Source of the DNA: Candidatus Amesbacteria bacterium GW2011_GWA1_47_20
GTDB lineage: Bacteria; Patescibacteriota; Microgenomatia; CAZETR01; Amesbacteraceae
Reading direction: 5' to 3'
Assembly (NCBI GenBank): GCA_001002405.1
Contig: LCOA01000002.1
Location: forward strand, 1-54,801
Length of the DNA: 54,801 nucleotides
The notes beneath the pieces are model-generated. The model was not told where the DNA came from. It did not search any database and saw only the letters and a list, made by a program, of their open reading frames with translations. Within the stretch, counting starts at the first letter, position 1, and every line of letters starts with the position of its first letter. Positions 1 through 8,533 of this stretch are shown here, piece by piece. Position numbers and translations under genes: made by a program.

Positions 1-623
1 GGCAAGAAATGCTTGAAACGCCGGCCTTGCTGCCACCATTCAAAAAACAGGGCCGGGAGAAGAAAGATGCCGATGAAGCGGGTGTAACTGGCCAAGGCGC
101 CGAATATACCCGCCAGCAGCCAATGCCGAGTACGAGCGCTGTAGAAGGCGGCAACGGTTAAGAAAAAGAAGAGGCCTTCGGTGTAGATGGAAGTAAAGAA
201 AAAACTAACCGGGAACAGCAGCAGAGCCAGGATGGTCCATTTGACTACGTCCGATGAGTAATCCAGCCGGATGAGCTTAACAAATAAGTACAGACCGGCC
301 AAAAAGAATGCCGTTGAAACTAAAATGCCGGCAGTGACGGCATTATTGAGAAATGGCAGGGTCATCAATTTACGCATGATGGTCGGATAAAGAGGGAAAA
401 AGGCTTGCTGAGAGTAACCATAGCTACGGCGGGCGATGTAGGTGTAATGCATGCCGTCAAAGTTTTGGCGGGAATACAACCAGGGTTTCTCGACATAGCC
501 TTGGGTACCGCTGCCTAAGTATGTCTCGCGCAGAGGCAATGAGGAATATTGAGCGGCAATGGTAACAACGAGGATTGCGGCTTGCCAGAGGACAAAAATC
601 TTAAACAGGCGGGAAAAACTCAC
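1..623 (-). CDS. PIG-V/Gpi18-like (GT76-type) membrane mannosyltransferase, partial (C-terminus beyond window start)
   Basis: Not in the ORF track because it runs off the edge. The minus frame is open from GTG 623-621 to position 1. Translation VSFSRLFKIFVLWQAAILVV...QNFDGMHYTYIARRSYGYSQQAFFPLYP... is followed by several TM segments. FDGxHYxxIA...AFFPLYP resembles PIG-V-type enzymes. GTGA overlap with the upstream stop (620-623). Confidence 0.55.
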   Translation of the reverse strand, partial: MSFSRLFKIFVLWQAAILVVTIAAQYSSLPLRETYLGSGTQGYVEKPWLYSRQNFDGMHYTYIARRSYGYSQQAFFPLYPTIMRKLMTLPFLNNAVTAGILVSTAFFLAGLYLFVKLIRLDYSSDVVKWTILALLLFPVSFFFTSIYTEGLFFFLTVAAFYSARTRHWLLAGIFGALASYTRFIGIFLLPALFFEWWQQGRRFKHFL

Positions 624-1936
624 ACTATTAACTCCTTCCATCGTTCTAATAAGTAAAACGGAATAGAGCGCACTTCATATTGTAGCCCATCATGCCGGTA
701 CCGCTCTACTTGTAGCTGATCCCAAGACACCCGGATAGGCACTACCTGCGGATCGATTTTTAAAAGGCTAAAAAGAGACTTCATTTCACGAATCCCGCCA
801 GCCTTAACTTCTATGGCAATCAGTTTGTTGCGCAGTTGGACACAATAGTCTACTTCCGCACTTCCCTCGTCTTTATTTCTAGCCCAATAATAAACGTCTT
901 GCGGCCGGCTTGAGGAGCCGGCTACTAATGTCTGACCAACTACCTGTTCCATAATTTTTCCTTTATAGCCCCCGGTTAGCAATTCTTGATAGTTGTTATT
1001 AATTTGGTTAACTAATCCTACGTCTAGCCAGACCAGTTTTTTTGAACGTTTGTATTTACGGGCAAGCGGTAAAACGGTAGAGTTGATAGCTATTATTTGC
1101 CGCAAAAGCATTACTTGCTCCGCTTTCCGCACCGCCTCACCGATCTCGCGGCTGCGATACCCCGACTCCCCAAAATTGTGATAATTGAATAGTCCCCCCG
1201 CCAGGCGCGGCCCAATTTCTATAACCAATTCGAGATATTTGCGTTCTGCCCCCACCGCATACCTTCCAATATCTTCTGCGTAAGCTGTTTGCAGACGGGT
1301 AAGCACTTGTTGGGCTGCCAAGTAATCTTTGTTTGGCACCCAGCGCGCGACCACTTCCGGCATTCCTCCCACGGTTAAGTATTCTTTAAACCACTCTTGC
1401 GCTAAAACCGCGCCGGTCAAAGTTTCACCCCAACGGACTGTTTGCAATTCTTGGACAAGGTCAAGCTGGCCAACGGCCCGCAAAAACTCGAAAAAAGTCA
1501 ATGGATACAGGTAGCGGTAGTCTACCCGACCTACGGGGATCGTCCAATTATCGCCTAACTTGGCTTCGAGCAGCGAACCTGCGGTTATCAAATGAAGACC
1601 GGGTTTTTCCTCCGCAAAAAATCTTAAAAGTTCCAATACATTTTTGGATTCCTGAATTTCATCAATAAACAGCAACGTTTGGCTTTCGATGATATTCTGG
1701 CCCATAACCAGTTTGACCCGCTTGAGAAAATCGGCCACGCTGCTTGCGGCGTTGAAGACGTTGTACTGATCCTTTTTTTCTAAGTTAATCTCAACGCATT
1801 GGGGAAAGTTATCACTAGCCCACTGGCGGATTAAACTGGTTTTCCCCACCTGACGCGCTCCGCGTAAAATCAAGGGCTTGCGACCTGGCATTTGCTTCCA
1901 TTTAGATAACTCTTCTTCTAGCTTGCGTTTGAACAT
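620..1936 (-). CDS. AAA-family ATPase with DUF4143-like C-terminal domain (AAA_14/DUF4143 type)
   Basis: Walker A GARQVGKTS, Walker B LLFIDEIQ, length 438 aa and C-terminal region typical of DUF4143 ATPases. ATG at 1936. Confidence 0.8.
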   Translation of the reverse strand: MFKRKLEEELSKWKQMPGRKPLILRGARQVGKTSLIRQWASDNFPQCVEINLEKKDQYNVFNAASSVADFLKRVKLVMGQNIIESQTLLFIDEIQESKNVLELLRFFAEEKPGLHLITAGSLLEAKLGDNWTIPVGRVDYRYLYPLTFFEFLRAVGQLDLVQELQTVRWGETLTGAVLAQEWFKEYLTVGGMPEVVARWVPNKDYLAAQQVLTRLQTAYAEDIGRYAVGAERKYLELVIEIGPRLAGGLFNYHNFGESGYRSREIGEAVRKAEQVMLLRQIIAINSTVLPLARKYKRSKKLVWLDVGLVNQINNNYQELLTGGYKGKIMEQVVGQTLVAGSSSRPQDVYYWARNKDEGSAEVDYCVQLRNKLIAIEVKAGGIREMKSLFSLLKIDPQVVPIRVSWDQLQVERYRHDGLQYEVRSIPFYLLERWKELIV

Positions 1937-1981
1937 AGTACCAGTTTATTACATTTTAACAGCTTTTCAAGTACCAGTTTA
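1937..1981. repeat. 12-nt direct repeat AGTACCAGTTTA x2 (1937-1948 and 1970-1981)
   Basis: Exact copies 33 nt apart. One abuts the ATPase ATG and the other contains the GT4 stop codon. Confidence 0.8.
1943..1970 (-). promoter_or_regulatory. Possible internal promoter upstream of the AAA ATPase gene
   Basis: Minus strand: TTGAAA (1970-1965), N16, TAAACT (1948-1943), N6, ATG 1936. Confidence 0.3.
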
Positions 1982-2968
1982 GTACTTATTCAGCGCTTCC
2001 TGGTAAACTTGCAAAGTTTCGGCAGCTGCTTTGGCCCAAGAAAACTTGGTAGCTTGGGTCGGGCCATGGTTGGATTTGGCGTTCTTGATAGCTCTGGCCA
2101 TGTCTTTAATGTCGGTGGGGTCAAAGTAAGTAGCGGCATCGCCGGCGACTTCAGGAAGCGAGGAGGTGCGGCTACAAGCCACGGGGGTGGCACAGGCCAG
2201 AGCTTCCACCACCGGCAGGCCGAAACCATCGGCTAGGGACGGCTGGCAATAGACAGTGGCCAAATTGTAAATATCCACCAGTTCTGCATCCGCTACAAAT
2301 CCCAACCGCCGCACATTTTGCAACGACATACCCTGCAAATGCTTCAGCTCCGGGTGGGAGAGGTCCATTTTTTCGAGTTCCTTGGCCTGACGGCCAACCA
2401 TAACCAACGGCAGTTTGGCTAGCCGAGCGGCAGTGATTAAATTGGGAATGTTTTTGTTGTAGTTGATGTCACCAGGCAGGTGGTATTTGTTTTTGGGTTT
2501 GGAAACATGTTTGAATATGGGATCAGCGGCTTCATATATCAGTTTGAGCTTGGCGTGGGGGATACCCAGATACTTGTAGATAGTTTTAACGCAATGATAG
2601 GAAACGGTGATCACCCGATCGACGTTGGCCAAAGCTAGTTTCTGCAACTGCAGATTGAACCAGCCGCGGATCCCCGGAGGAAAATGATCAGGAAATTCTA
2701 ACGGCATCACATCGTGGATTGTGACTATTGTTTTGGCATTCTTGATAATAGGCAGGGTGTGTTTAAAAAGATCGAAGTAAGGATAATGGATAATTTCTAA
2801 TTGACCTAATTGATCTAATCGACCTAAAGAATCAACTTCCAATATTTCGACGCCAAAGTTCTTTGCTTGTTTTTTAAGCTCTGGCAAGAGACGGCGAGTG
2901 TAGAAACCTACTCCGCGGACAGCGTTGGCGTCATGAAGGGGAGTCGTAACAAAACCAATTTTTATCAT
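1979..2968 (-). CDS. GT4-family (Glycos_transf_1) glycosyltransferase
   Basis: C-terminal PSLADGFGLPVVEALACATPV (EX7E-type motif). Preferred start is ATG 2968, which forms an ATGA overlap with the upstream stop; the track start 2983 is TTG. Confidence 0.8.
   Translation of the reverse strand: MIKIGFVTTPLHDANAVRGVGFYTRRLLPELKKQAKNFGVEILEVDSLGRLDQLGQLEIIHYPYFDLFKHTLPIIKNAKTIVTIHDVMPLEFPDHFPPGIRGWFNLQLQKLALANVDRVITVSYHCVKTIYKYLGIPHAKLKLIYEAADPIFKHVSKPKNKYHLPGDINYNKNIPNLITAARLAKLPLVMVGRQAKELEKMDLSHPELKHLQGMSLQNVRRLGFVADAELVDIYNLATVYCQPSLADGFGLPVVEALACATPVACSRTSSLPEVAGDAATYFDPTDIKDMARAIKNAKSNHGPTQATKFSWAKAAAETLQVYQEALNKY
2792..2828. repeat. 37-nt element built on a 9-nt period (TAATTGACC-like x3), copy A, inside the GT4 gene
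   Basis: aatttctaattgacctaattgatctaatcgacctaaa is 35/37 identical to 34542-34578. Encodes SLGRLDQLGQLEI. Confidence 0.9.
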
Positions 2969-3735
2969 AATGATCTTTGCCAATATTTAATGTAAGCCAT
3001 GGCGAGAGTGAGGCCGGAAAAGAGGGCGAAGACAAAGCCGGGGTAGCCATCTACCAGCCCCAAGTGACGGAAGTAGATTTTCAAAAAAGTGAGCAGAGGG
3101 AGCAAAATAAGATAATTAAGAGCATTGAGCAAACTAAGCTTTTCGTGGCGGGCTTGCATTTGGGAGGCAGCGAAAGACGAGTAGCGGTTAACGCCGTCTA
3201 AATACTTGGCGAAACTGGTGTCGCGGTAGTGCAGTAAATCGTGCTTAAGATGGCCGACCGGCCCGGTCACCTGCGCCTGCTCGTGCACGTCGGCTGCGGG
3301 AAGACGGCCCATTCCTTTGCGGTACAGGCGGAGGGTAGGATCGGGGTATTGGCCGCCTTTGGTTAAAAAACGAGTAAGAAACCAGTTTTTTCGATTCACC
3401 CAGTAGCCATTGAGTGCTGGGCGCTGAACGCTGAGCGTTGAGCGAATTTCGCTCGAGAGTTCGGGAGACACGACTTCGTCGGCGTCCAACTGAAGTATCC
3501 AGTCCCCGTGGGCCGCGTCGATAGCTATATTTTTGTTGATATGAAAGTTAGCCGGGTTTTCGCGAATAATAACCTTGGCATTATGTTTTTTGGCAATTTG
3601 CACCGTCTGATCCGAAGACTTGCCATCCACAACTACAATTTCGTCAGCGATATCTTTTACCGCCTCTAGACACCGGCCAATATTGTCCTCCTCATTATGG
3701 GTGGCCAGGACGACAGAAAGTTTAGGGGTTTTCAT
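2965..3735 (-). CDS. GT2-family glycosyltransferase (WaaE/KdtX-like subtype)
   Basis: LSVVLATHNEEDNI, VVVDGKSSDQT and QLDADE motifs. Paralogous to 27849-28598 and 29437-30276. ATGA overlap at 3732-3735. Confidence 0.85.
   Translation of the reverse strand: MKTPKLSVVLATHNEEDNIGRCLEAVKDIADEIVVVDGKSSDQTVQIAKKHNAKVIIRENPANFHINKNIAIDAAHGDWILQLDADEVVSPELSSEIRSTLSVQRPALNGYWVNRKNWFLTRFLTKGGQYPDPTLRLYRKGMGRLPAADVHEQAQVTGPVGHLKHDLLHYRDTSFAKYLDGVNRYSSFAASQMQARHEKLSLLNALNYLILLPLLTFLKIYFRHLGLVDGYPGFVFALFSGLTLAMAYIKYWQRSL
3423..3443. repeat. Heptanucleotide tract (GCTGAAC GCTGAGC GTTGAGC) in a GT2 gene
   Basis: Read directly. Encodes STLSVQR. Confidence 0.75.
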
Positions 3736-5408
3736 ATGTTTTTAAATTTATTAATCCATCTATTACAAAATTGGTCTGTAGACATAATTTCCGGCTTATA
3801 ATCGCTGTGATAATGGAACCGCCGCCAGTATGATAAGTCTGACGATGAGCAAGTTTCATCATTATATATTTTCCAAAGTGTACCGGTATCCTTTTGATCC
3901 TGAATTACAAGCTTATTCCCGCTAGGGGGTTCACAATTAATTCCAAACTGCACTACCAATGTGCCGGTTGGTAGTTGCTGTGGACAAATTTGGGAAATAT
4001 GTATTCGGTCGTAATTGTACGGACCAGATAAACTTATCAGCCTAGGTTTGTCGCCTAAAGTGGACTGTGAGAAATACATAACTTGCTGTAATACTTGTAA
4101 GGGCTGCGCGGCAATTACCGTTACTTCTCCGGAGGTTTTGATCAAATAATTAGCCAGTATTCTTTCTCCCAGAAAACCGGTCTCGGCGGCAGTGACAGGA
4201 TATTGATAGAAGAAAAAGTGGAGGAAATTTAAACTTAGAATGAGATAGCCCACAATAACGACGGGCAATAATTTTTTGTGGCTGGTAAATTTAGTTATCC
4301 CGGCAGCGATTAACAAGAGTAATCCCGGTAAAAAGGGTGCTCCTCTGTACATATTTGCGGGCAGGGAGTTGTTGACTAGAGTTCCCACGGGTCCTAGCGT
4401 TATCAAAAGCGCGGCCAAACTAATCCCGGGCATACCCATACCTAATCCTAGAGCCGAAAAAAACAAATCTGGTAAATAAGCTGCGCCATGGAAGGTCAAC
4501 CTCTGATTTGAGGACGGATCGCCTGAAAACAATAAATAATCCGGAGACCAATAATTCCAATATTTTTGGAGAAGTAGACGTGTGAATTCTGCTGGCTTGT
4601 TGAGAAAAATAAAACTAAATGGGTTGGAGATAGATGTCCGGCGGGCCGTGTCAATCGTTGCCCCAATTTGAGACCAGGTGGAAAGCCTGATTTCTTGGCG
4701 ACGACGGGAAAAGGTGCTTCCGGGGATAGTAAAGGCGAAATATATATACCCTGCCACAAATAGTCCGAACACGAGCCAAAAAATTATGGCTACAGAAATT
4801 TTGAATTTCTTTCTGGTAAATCCAAGCCAGATGGGCAAAATAAGTCCCATGATAATAGTAAATGGTTTAGTACCGTAGTAAGCCAGAAAGGCCAAATCTA
4901 AAAAAATAGCCCCCAAAAATGCAGCCAGGGCAGTGTTTTTCCAGAAGATGTTAAGCGATAACGAAATCAACAACAAGGCTAGTGGTGCTTGAGTTAGAGA
5001 GCGAGAAAATATAATCGACCACGGTGAATACAAAAACAACGCGAGAAATACCAATGCCAATTTTTTGTTTGCGGTTAGACGGTAAACAAGGATGGTCCAT
5101 AATAAAATTGTTAGTAAGTTGATTATGACCATGGGCAGGCGGGCTATGTATACATTCACCGGCAATAATCTTTGAAAGGGTGATAAGAGCAAGGAGAGGA
5201 GCGTGTCATCACCAGTTTCTACTTGGTTTTTTATAAGTGAGATAGGAAATTTTTCTCCCAGGGTATCAGTACCAAAATAGGCGTAGGACCTGGCGATCAT
5301 GACGGCATCCATTTCGTCATGATTAAGTCCTGGAGGTACTTGGTCCAACCATATAAACCGGATTATTACGCCTGGCAGCAGAACTAAAAAGAGAAGAAAA
5401 TATTTCAT
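3732..5408 (-). CDS. Divergent PMT/ArnT-like GT-C membrane protein (AT-richer paralog)
   Basis: Polytopic, 558 aa. First loop PPGLNHDEMDAVMIARSYAYFGTDTLGEKFP aligns to the WDEAALGYNAYSLLLTGRDE loop of its neighbours, with GRDE replaced by GTDT. Confidence 0.55.
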   Translation of the reverse strand: MKYFLLFLVLLPGVIIRFIWLDQVPPGLNHDEMDAVMIARSYAYFGTDTLGEKFPISLIKNQVETGDDTLLSLLLSPFQRLLPVNVYIARLPMVIINLLTILLWTILVYRLTANKKLALVFLALFLYSPWSIIFSRSLTQAPLALLLISLSLNIFWKNTALAAFLGAIFLDLAFLAYYGTKPFTIIMGLILPIWLGFTRKKFKISVAIIFWLVFGLFVAGYIYFAFTIPGSTFSRRRQEIRLSTWSQIGATIDTARRTSISNPFSFIFLNKPAEFTRLLLQKYWNYWSPDYLLFSGDPSSNQRLTFHGAAYLPDLFFSALGLGMGMPGISLAALLITLGPVGTLVNNSLPANMYRGAPFLPGLLLLIAAGITKFTSHKKLLPVVIVGYLILSLNFLHFFFYQYPVTAAETGFLGERILANYLIKTSGEVTVIAAQPLQVLQQVMYFSQSTLGDKPRLISLSGPYNYDRIHISQICPQQLPTGTLVVQFGINCEPPSGNKLVIQDQKDTGTLWKIYNDETCSSSDLSYWRRFHYHSDYKPEIMSTDQFCNRWINKFKNI

Positions 5409-6977
5409 CTAGTTGCTGATTATTTTGAAAGCCGGGCTACTATTTGGAAAATTAATGGTTTTAACTATATTAACACCTACGTCGGGAATGTCTTCGGGAG
5501 CGGCTACGATGAGCGAGGAGTGAATGTCGCTGACTTTGGACCAGGGCGTATCAGCAAAATGGAATTTGGAGTAATCGCGAACAGTGGAGAAATTGTATTT
5601 GTCCCGGAAAGTGAGAGAGTGATGACCTTGGAACTGTTGGGGCGGGTATTTGGAATAAAAGAGGAAAAGAATGTAAGGCTGATCGTACTTGTCGGTAACT
5701 AAGATCTTTTCATACCTGTCCTGAACCGACCCCACGTAAGCTACCAACTCTTTGAAGCCGTACTCCCAGGCGTAAGGATAAGTTTGAGGATAGTGAACGT
5801 AATACTGGTGCAGATATCTAGTTACTTGCCATAAATACACAAATCCCAAGACACAAATTCCAAATAATTTCCAATGTTTTAAAGTTTCAAAAACACCAAC
5901 CGAAATAAGGATAGTTAAGGGAATAACCATGGCGTGAGCGCGCAGGGCGTGGGGGGTTTGAAAAGTGATGGCGGAAGCGAGAGGGGCTACTAATAACCAC
6001 AACCATACCAATTTGGTCTTTGGTCTTTGGTCTTTGGTCCTTAGTAGATAGGCCGCGCCGAGGGCTAGAAAGATAAAATCGGTGAAGTAGAGAAGGCCGG
6101 TTTCGGGAACGCGGTTGCGGGGAATGACGTCGCCGTTGACAAACAGGAAATTGCCGAAGAAATGGTCGGTGTAATTTTCTAGAAATTGAATGGTGTACAG
6201 AACAGGACGGTTGTGCAAAACACGGGATAAGGGCGTGCTCCACCCCGGATGCTGGCCGCGCAGCTCCTTGGCCCGATTGAGAGGACCCTCATCGGCGAGC
6301 AGGCCTACTCCGGAGAGACGGGAAGCGGCATTAGTAGTAACTAGGTTATAGATTAGAGGGATTAGGAGTAAGAAACCAATGACCGAAGCTGTAAAAATGC
6401 GTTTGGGGCGGTAGAAAAGAAATAGACCTAAACCCAGGAGAGGAACAGTGAGGCGAGCAGATTGATAAAAATACATAGACAGCGCAAAGCTCAAAACGCA
6501 AAGCTCAAAACGTTTCTTAAGGAAGAGCCAGACGCCGATAAGCATGAGAGTGGTGGCGACGTTGACCTCCCAGCCGCCGCGGGAGAAATGCAAGTGCCAG
6601 GGGCTGATGGCCAACAGCAGCGCCGCCAGTTGACCAGTTTGCCAGTTGATCAGTTCTTTGGTCAAAAGATATACAAAGAGGACGGCCAGGATGCCGAAGA
6701 GGGCGGAGGGGAGGCGGACGGCGAATTCGGTGAGACCGAATATTTTGATGAAGGGCATGAGCAAGTAGGCGTAACCCGCGGGTTTGAAATCGCCGAAAGA
6801 TTCCAGATTCACCGGCCAAGGATGACCGTGCTCATCCCGACCGGTCAGAAGTAACGAGTAAGCGTTGTAGCCCAGAGCGGCTTCGTCCGCGTTCAAGCCT
6901 GCCGGAAAATCGGCCAGCCGGTAAAGGCGCAAAAAGGCGGCTAAAATTAAGACGAAAATAAGAATTATTTTTTTCAT
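5409..6977 (-). CDS. GT39-like (PMT/ArnT-type, GT-C fold) membrane glycosyltransferase, paralog 1
   Basis: LNADEAALGYNAYSLLLTGRDEHGHPWPVNLESFGDFKPAGYAYL, then ISPWHLHFSRGGWEVN, about 11 TM segments and a C-terminal soluble domain. Confidence 0.8.
   Translation of the reverse strand: MKKIILIFVLILAAFLRLYRLADFPAGLNADEAALGYNAYSLLLTGRDEHGHPWPVNLESFGDFKPAGYAYLLMPFIKIFGLTEFAVRLPSALFGILAVLFVYLLTKELINWQTGQLAALLLAISPWHLHFSRGGWEVNVATTLMLIGVWLFLKKRFELCVLSFALSMYFYQSARLTVPLLGLGLFLFYRPKRIFTASVIGFLLLIPLIYNLVTTNAASRLSGVGLLADEGPLNRAKELRGQHPGWSTPLSRVLHNRPVLYTIQFLENYTDHFFGNFLFVNGDVIPRNRVPETGLLYFTDFIFLALGAAYLLRTKDQRPKTKLVWLWLLVAPLASAITFQTPHALRAHAMVIPLTILISVGVFETLKHWKLFGICVLGFVYLWQVTRYLHQYYVHYPQTYPYAWEYGFKELVAYVGSVQDRYEKILVTDKYDQPYILFLFYSKYPPQQFQGHHSLTFRDKYNFSTVRDYSKFHFADTPWSKVSDIHSSLIVAAPEDIPDVGVNIVKTINFPNSSPAFKIISN
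6013..6040. repeat. Heptanucleotide tandem repeat (TTGGTCT x3 plus TTGGTCC) in GT39-like paralog 1
   Basis: Read directly. Encodes TKDQRPKTK. Confidence 0.9.
6483..6512. repeat. Perfect 14-nt tandem duplication (CGCAAAGCTCAAAA x2) in GT39-like paralog 1
   Basis: Read directly. Encodes FELCVLSFAL. Confidence 0.9.
6626..6657. repeat. Octanucleotide tract (CCAGTTGA CCAGTTTG CCAGTTGA TCAGTTCT) in paralog 1
   Basis: Encodes INWQTGQL. A 27-nt core (6621-6647) is identical to 12628-12654. Confidence 0.85.
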
Positions 6978-8533
6978 GGCAGTCCCACCACCCGCAGGCC
7001 CGGTGCGCCATTGGGATATTTAATATCCCCGAGCATAATCAGATTGGGAATGGTGGCTAAATCAGACTCCGGCAGTTCATAGCGGTCACCGATCAAAATA
7101 GTGGAATTGAGGAGTCGGTCGTCGGGCAGAAAGAGTGGACGGAAAATAAATTTGCCGAAGCGATCTACGTGGCCCACGTCGCCGACGGGGCTAACAGCTA
7201 ACTGGCTAAATGGTTGATAATCCCGGGGGTCGATCTGCAAGTAAAAGAGAGTAAAAATATACGGCTGGCCAAGTTTGTCGGAAAAGATGACTTGCCGGTA
7301 TTGGTCTAGATGCTGTTTGACGATAGCCAGAACCGGTTTGTAAGGATATACCATGTCCACGGCGGTGAAATTGGAGGAATGAATATAGAATAAATCAAGA
7401 TAATAGACTAAGAAAAACAAGAGTATGAGAGTATAAGAGTATAAGAGGAGACGCCGACGAGACAATTGGGCTAGACCCATACCAGAAACAATGACTAGCG
7501 GCACGAGAAGCGGCAAGGAGCGGACGCCGGAAACGAGGTCGCGCGAAAGGGCGGAGGGCAAAGGAGCCAGGAGCAGCCAAGCAATGAGAAGTTTAGTTAG
7601 TGGGTTATTAGTTCGGAGTAAGACGACGAGTCCGATAAGAATTGTAAGGATTTCCGGGAGGTGGAAGTAGCCATAGTATGCAATTGAGTGGCGCAAATTC
7701 TGCCAGTCTCCGGCGAAGAATAAGAAATATGGGGAGAGGTGGTTTAGATATCTTTGAAGTACGCCCCTGCCCTGGTCTATTAGTTCTAAGTGAAAAAGAG
7801 AAAAGAGAAAAGGGTTACCATTGTCCTGACGTAGGATTTCAGCGACCGTGTCCGGACGGCGGGTGTAACTGAAGACGCTGAAGACTTTGAGCCGACCTGA
7901 TTGGGAAGCGAAACCCACCAGAATTGGAAGTATGAGTAAGAGTAAGAGGAAGAGGGGTTTGACCAGTAATTTTATGGCTGGGCGATAAATTAGCAAGAGA
8001 GTTAACATGAGAAGCGGAGTGAACATCTTGGCCCCCTGATAAGTCAGGAGCGTCAGGCCAAAGAAAAGGGCGGATGTCAGATAGCGGCGGCGGATGAACA
8101 ACAGTGTTGCCAAGGTCGTAAGGGTGAGTGCCACATTGGCCTCCCAGGCACCGCGGGAAAAATACAGCGACCAGGGGTTGATGGCCAGCAACCCGGCGGC
8201 AAAGACATTTCTGGTGAGCAAGTAAACTACGATAATAAGAAGTACCCCAAAAATGGCCGAGGGAAGACGAGTGGCGAATTCAGTTAAACCCAAAACGGAT
8301 ATTGAGGGGACAGCCAGGTAAGAATATAGAGCCGGCTTGTAATCGCCGAAGGATTTGAGAATCAAGGGCATGACTTGGGCGTATTCATCCCGGCCGGTCA
8401 AAAACAGCGAATAGGCGTTGTAGCCTAGAGCGGCCTCGTCCCAGGTAAAACCCAATGGCCGGGAGTCTAAGTGAAAAAGTCTTAGTCCAAGGCCAAGTAA
8501 AAGTATGAACGCAAGAATAATTCTATTTTTCAT
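6974..8533 (-). CDS. GT39-like GT-C membrane glycosyltransferase, paralog 2
   Basis: GFTWDEAALGYNAYSLFLTGRDEYAQVMPLILKSFGDYKPALYSYL. Start ATG 8533 (MKNRIILAF...) is preferred by analogy to the paralog N-termini; the track start is 8557. Confidence 0.8.
   Translation of the reverse strand: MKNRIILAFILLLGLGLRLFHLDSRPLGFTWDEAALGYNAYSLFLTGRDEYAQVMPLILKSFGDYKPALYSYLAVPSISVLGLTEFATRLPSAIFGVLLIIVVYLLTRNVFAAGLLAINPWSLYFSRGAWEANVALTLTTLATLLFIRRRYLTSALFFGLTLLTYQGAKMFTPLLMLTLLLIYRPAIKLLVKPLFLLLLLILPILVGFASQSGRLKVFSVFSYTRRPDTVAEILRQDNGNPFLFSLFHLELIDQGRGVLQRYLNHLSPYFLFFAGDWQNLRHSIAYYGYFHLPEILTILIGLVVLLRTNNPLTKLLIAWLLLAPLPSALSRDLVSGVRSLPLLVPLVIVSGMGLAQLSRRRLLLYSYTLILLFFLVYYLDLFYIHSSNFTAVDMVYPYKPVLAIVKQHLDQYRQVIFSDKLGQPYIFTLFYLQIDPRDYQPFSQLAVSPVGDVGHVDRFGKFIFRPLFLPDDRLLNSTILIGDRYELPESDLATIPNLIMLGDIKYPNGAPGLRVVGLP
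7421..7447. repeat. Octanucleotide tract (GAGTATGA GAGTATAA GAGTATAA GAG) in paralog 2
   Basis: Read directly. Encodes LLLYSYTLIL. Confidence 0.8.

Noticed and set aside
6462-6854. Long ORFs antisense to or out of frame with the GT-C genes and others. Examples: 6462-6854, 6517-6819, 5887-6243, 9430-9987, 10194-10721, 11581-12033, 13028-13438, 38634-39032, 53204-53638, 53767-54183.
   Set aside because: They lie entirely inside strongly supported genes on the other strand or frame. Their compositions are low-complexity (Arg/Pro/Gly/Ser-rich) and typical of shadow ORFs, and they show no recognisable motifs.
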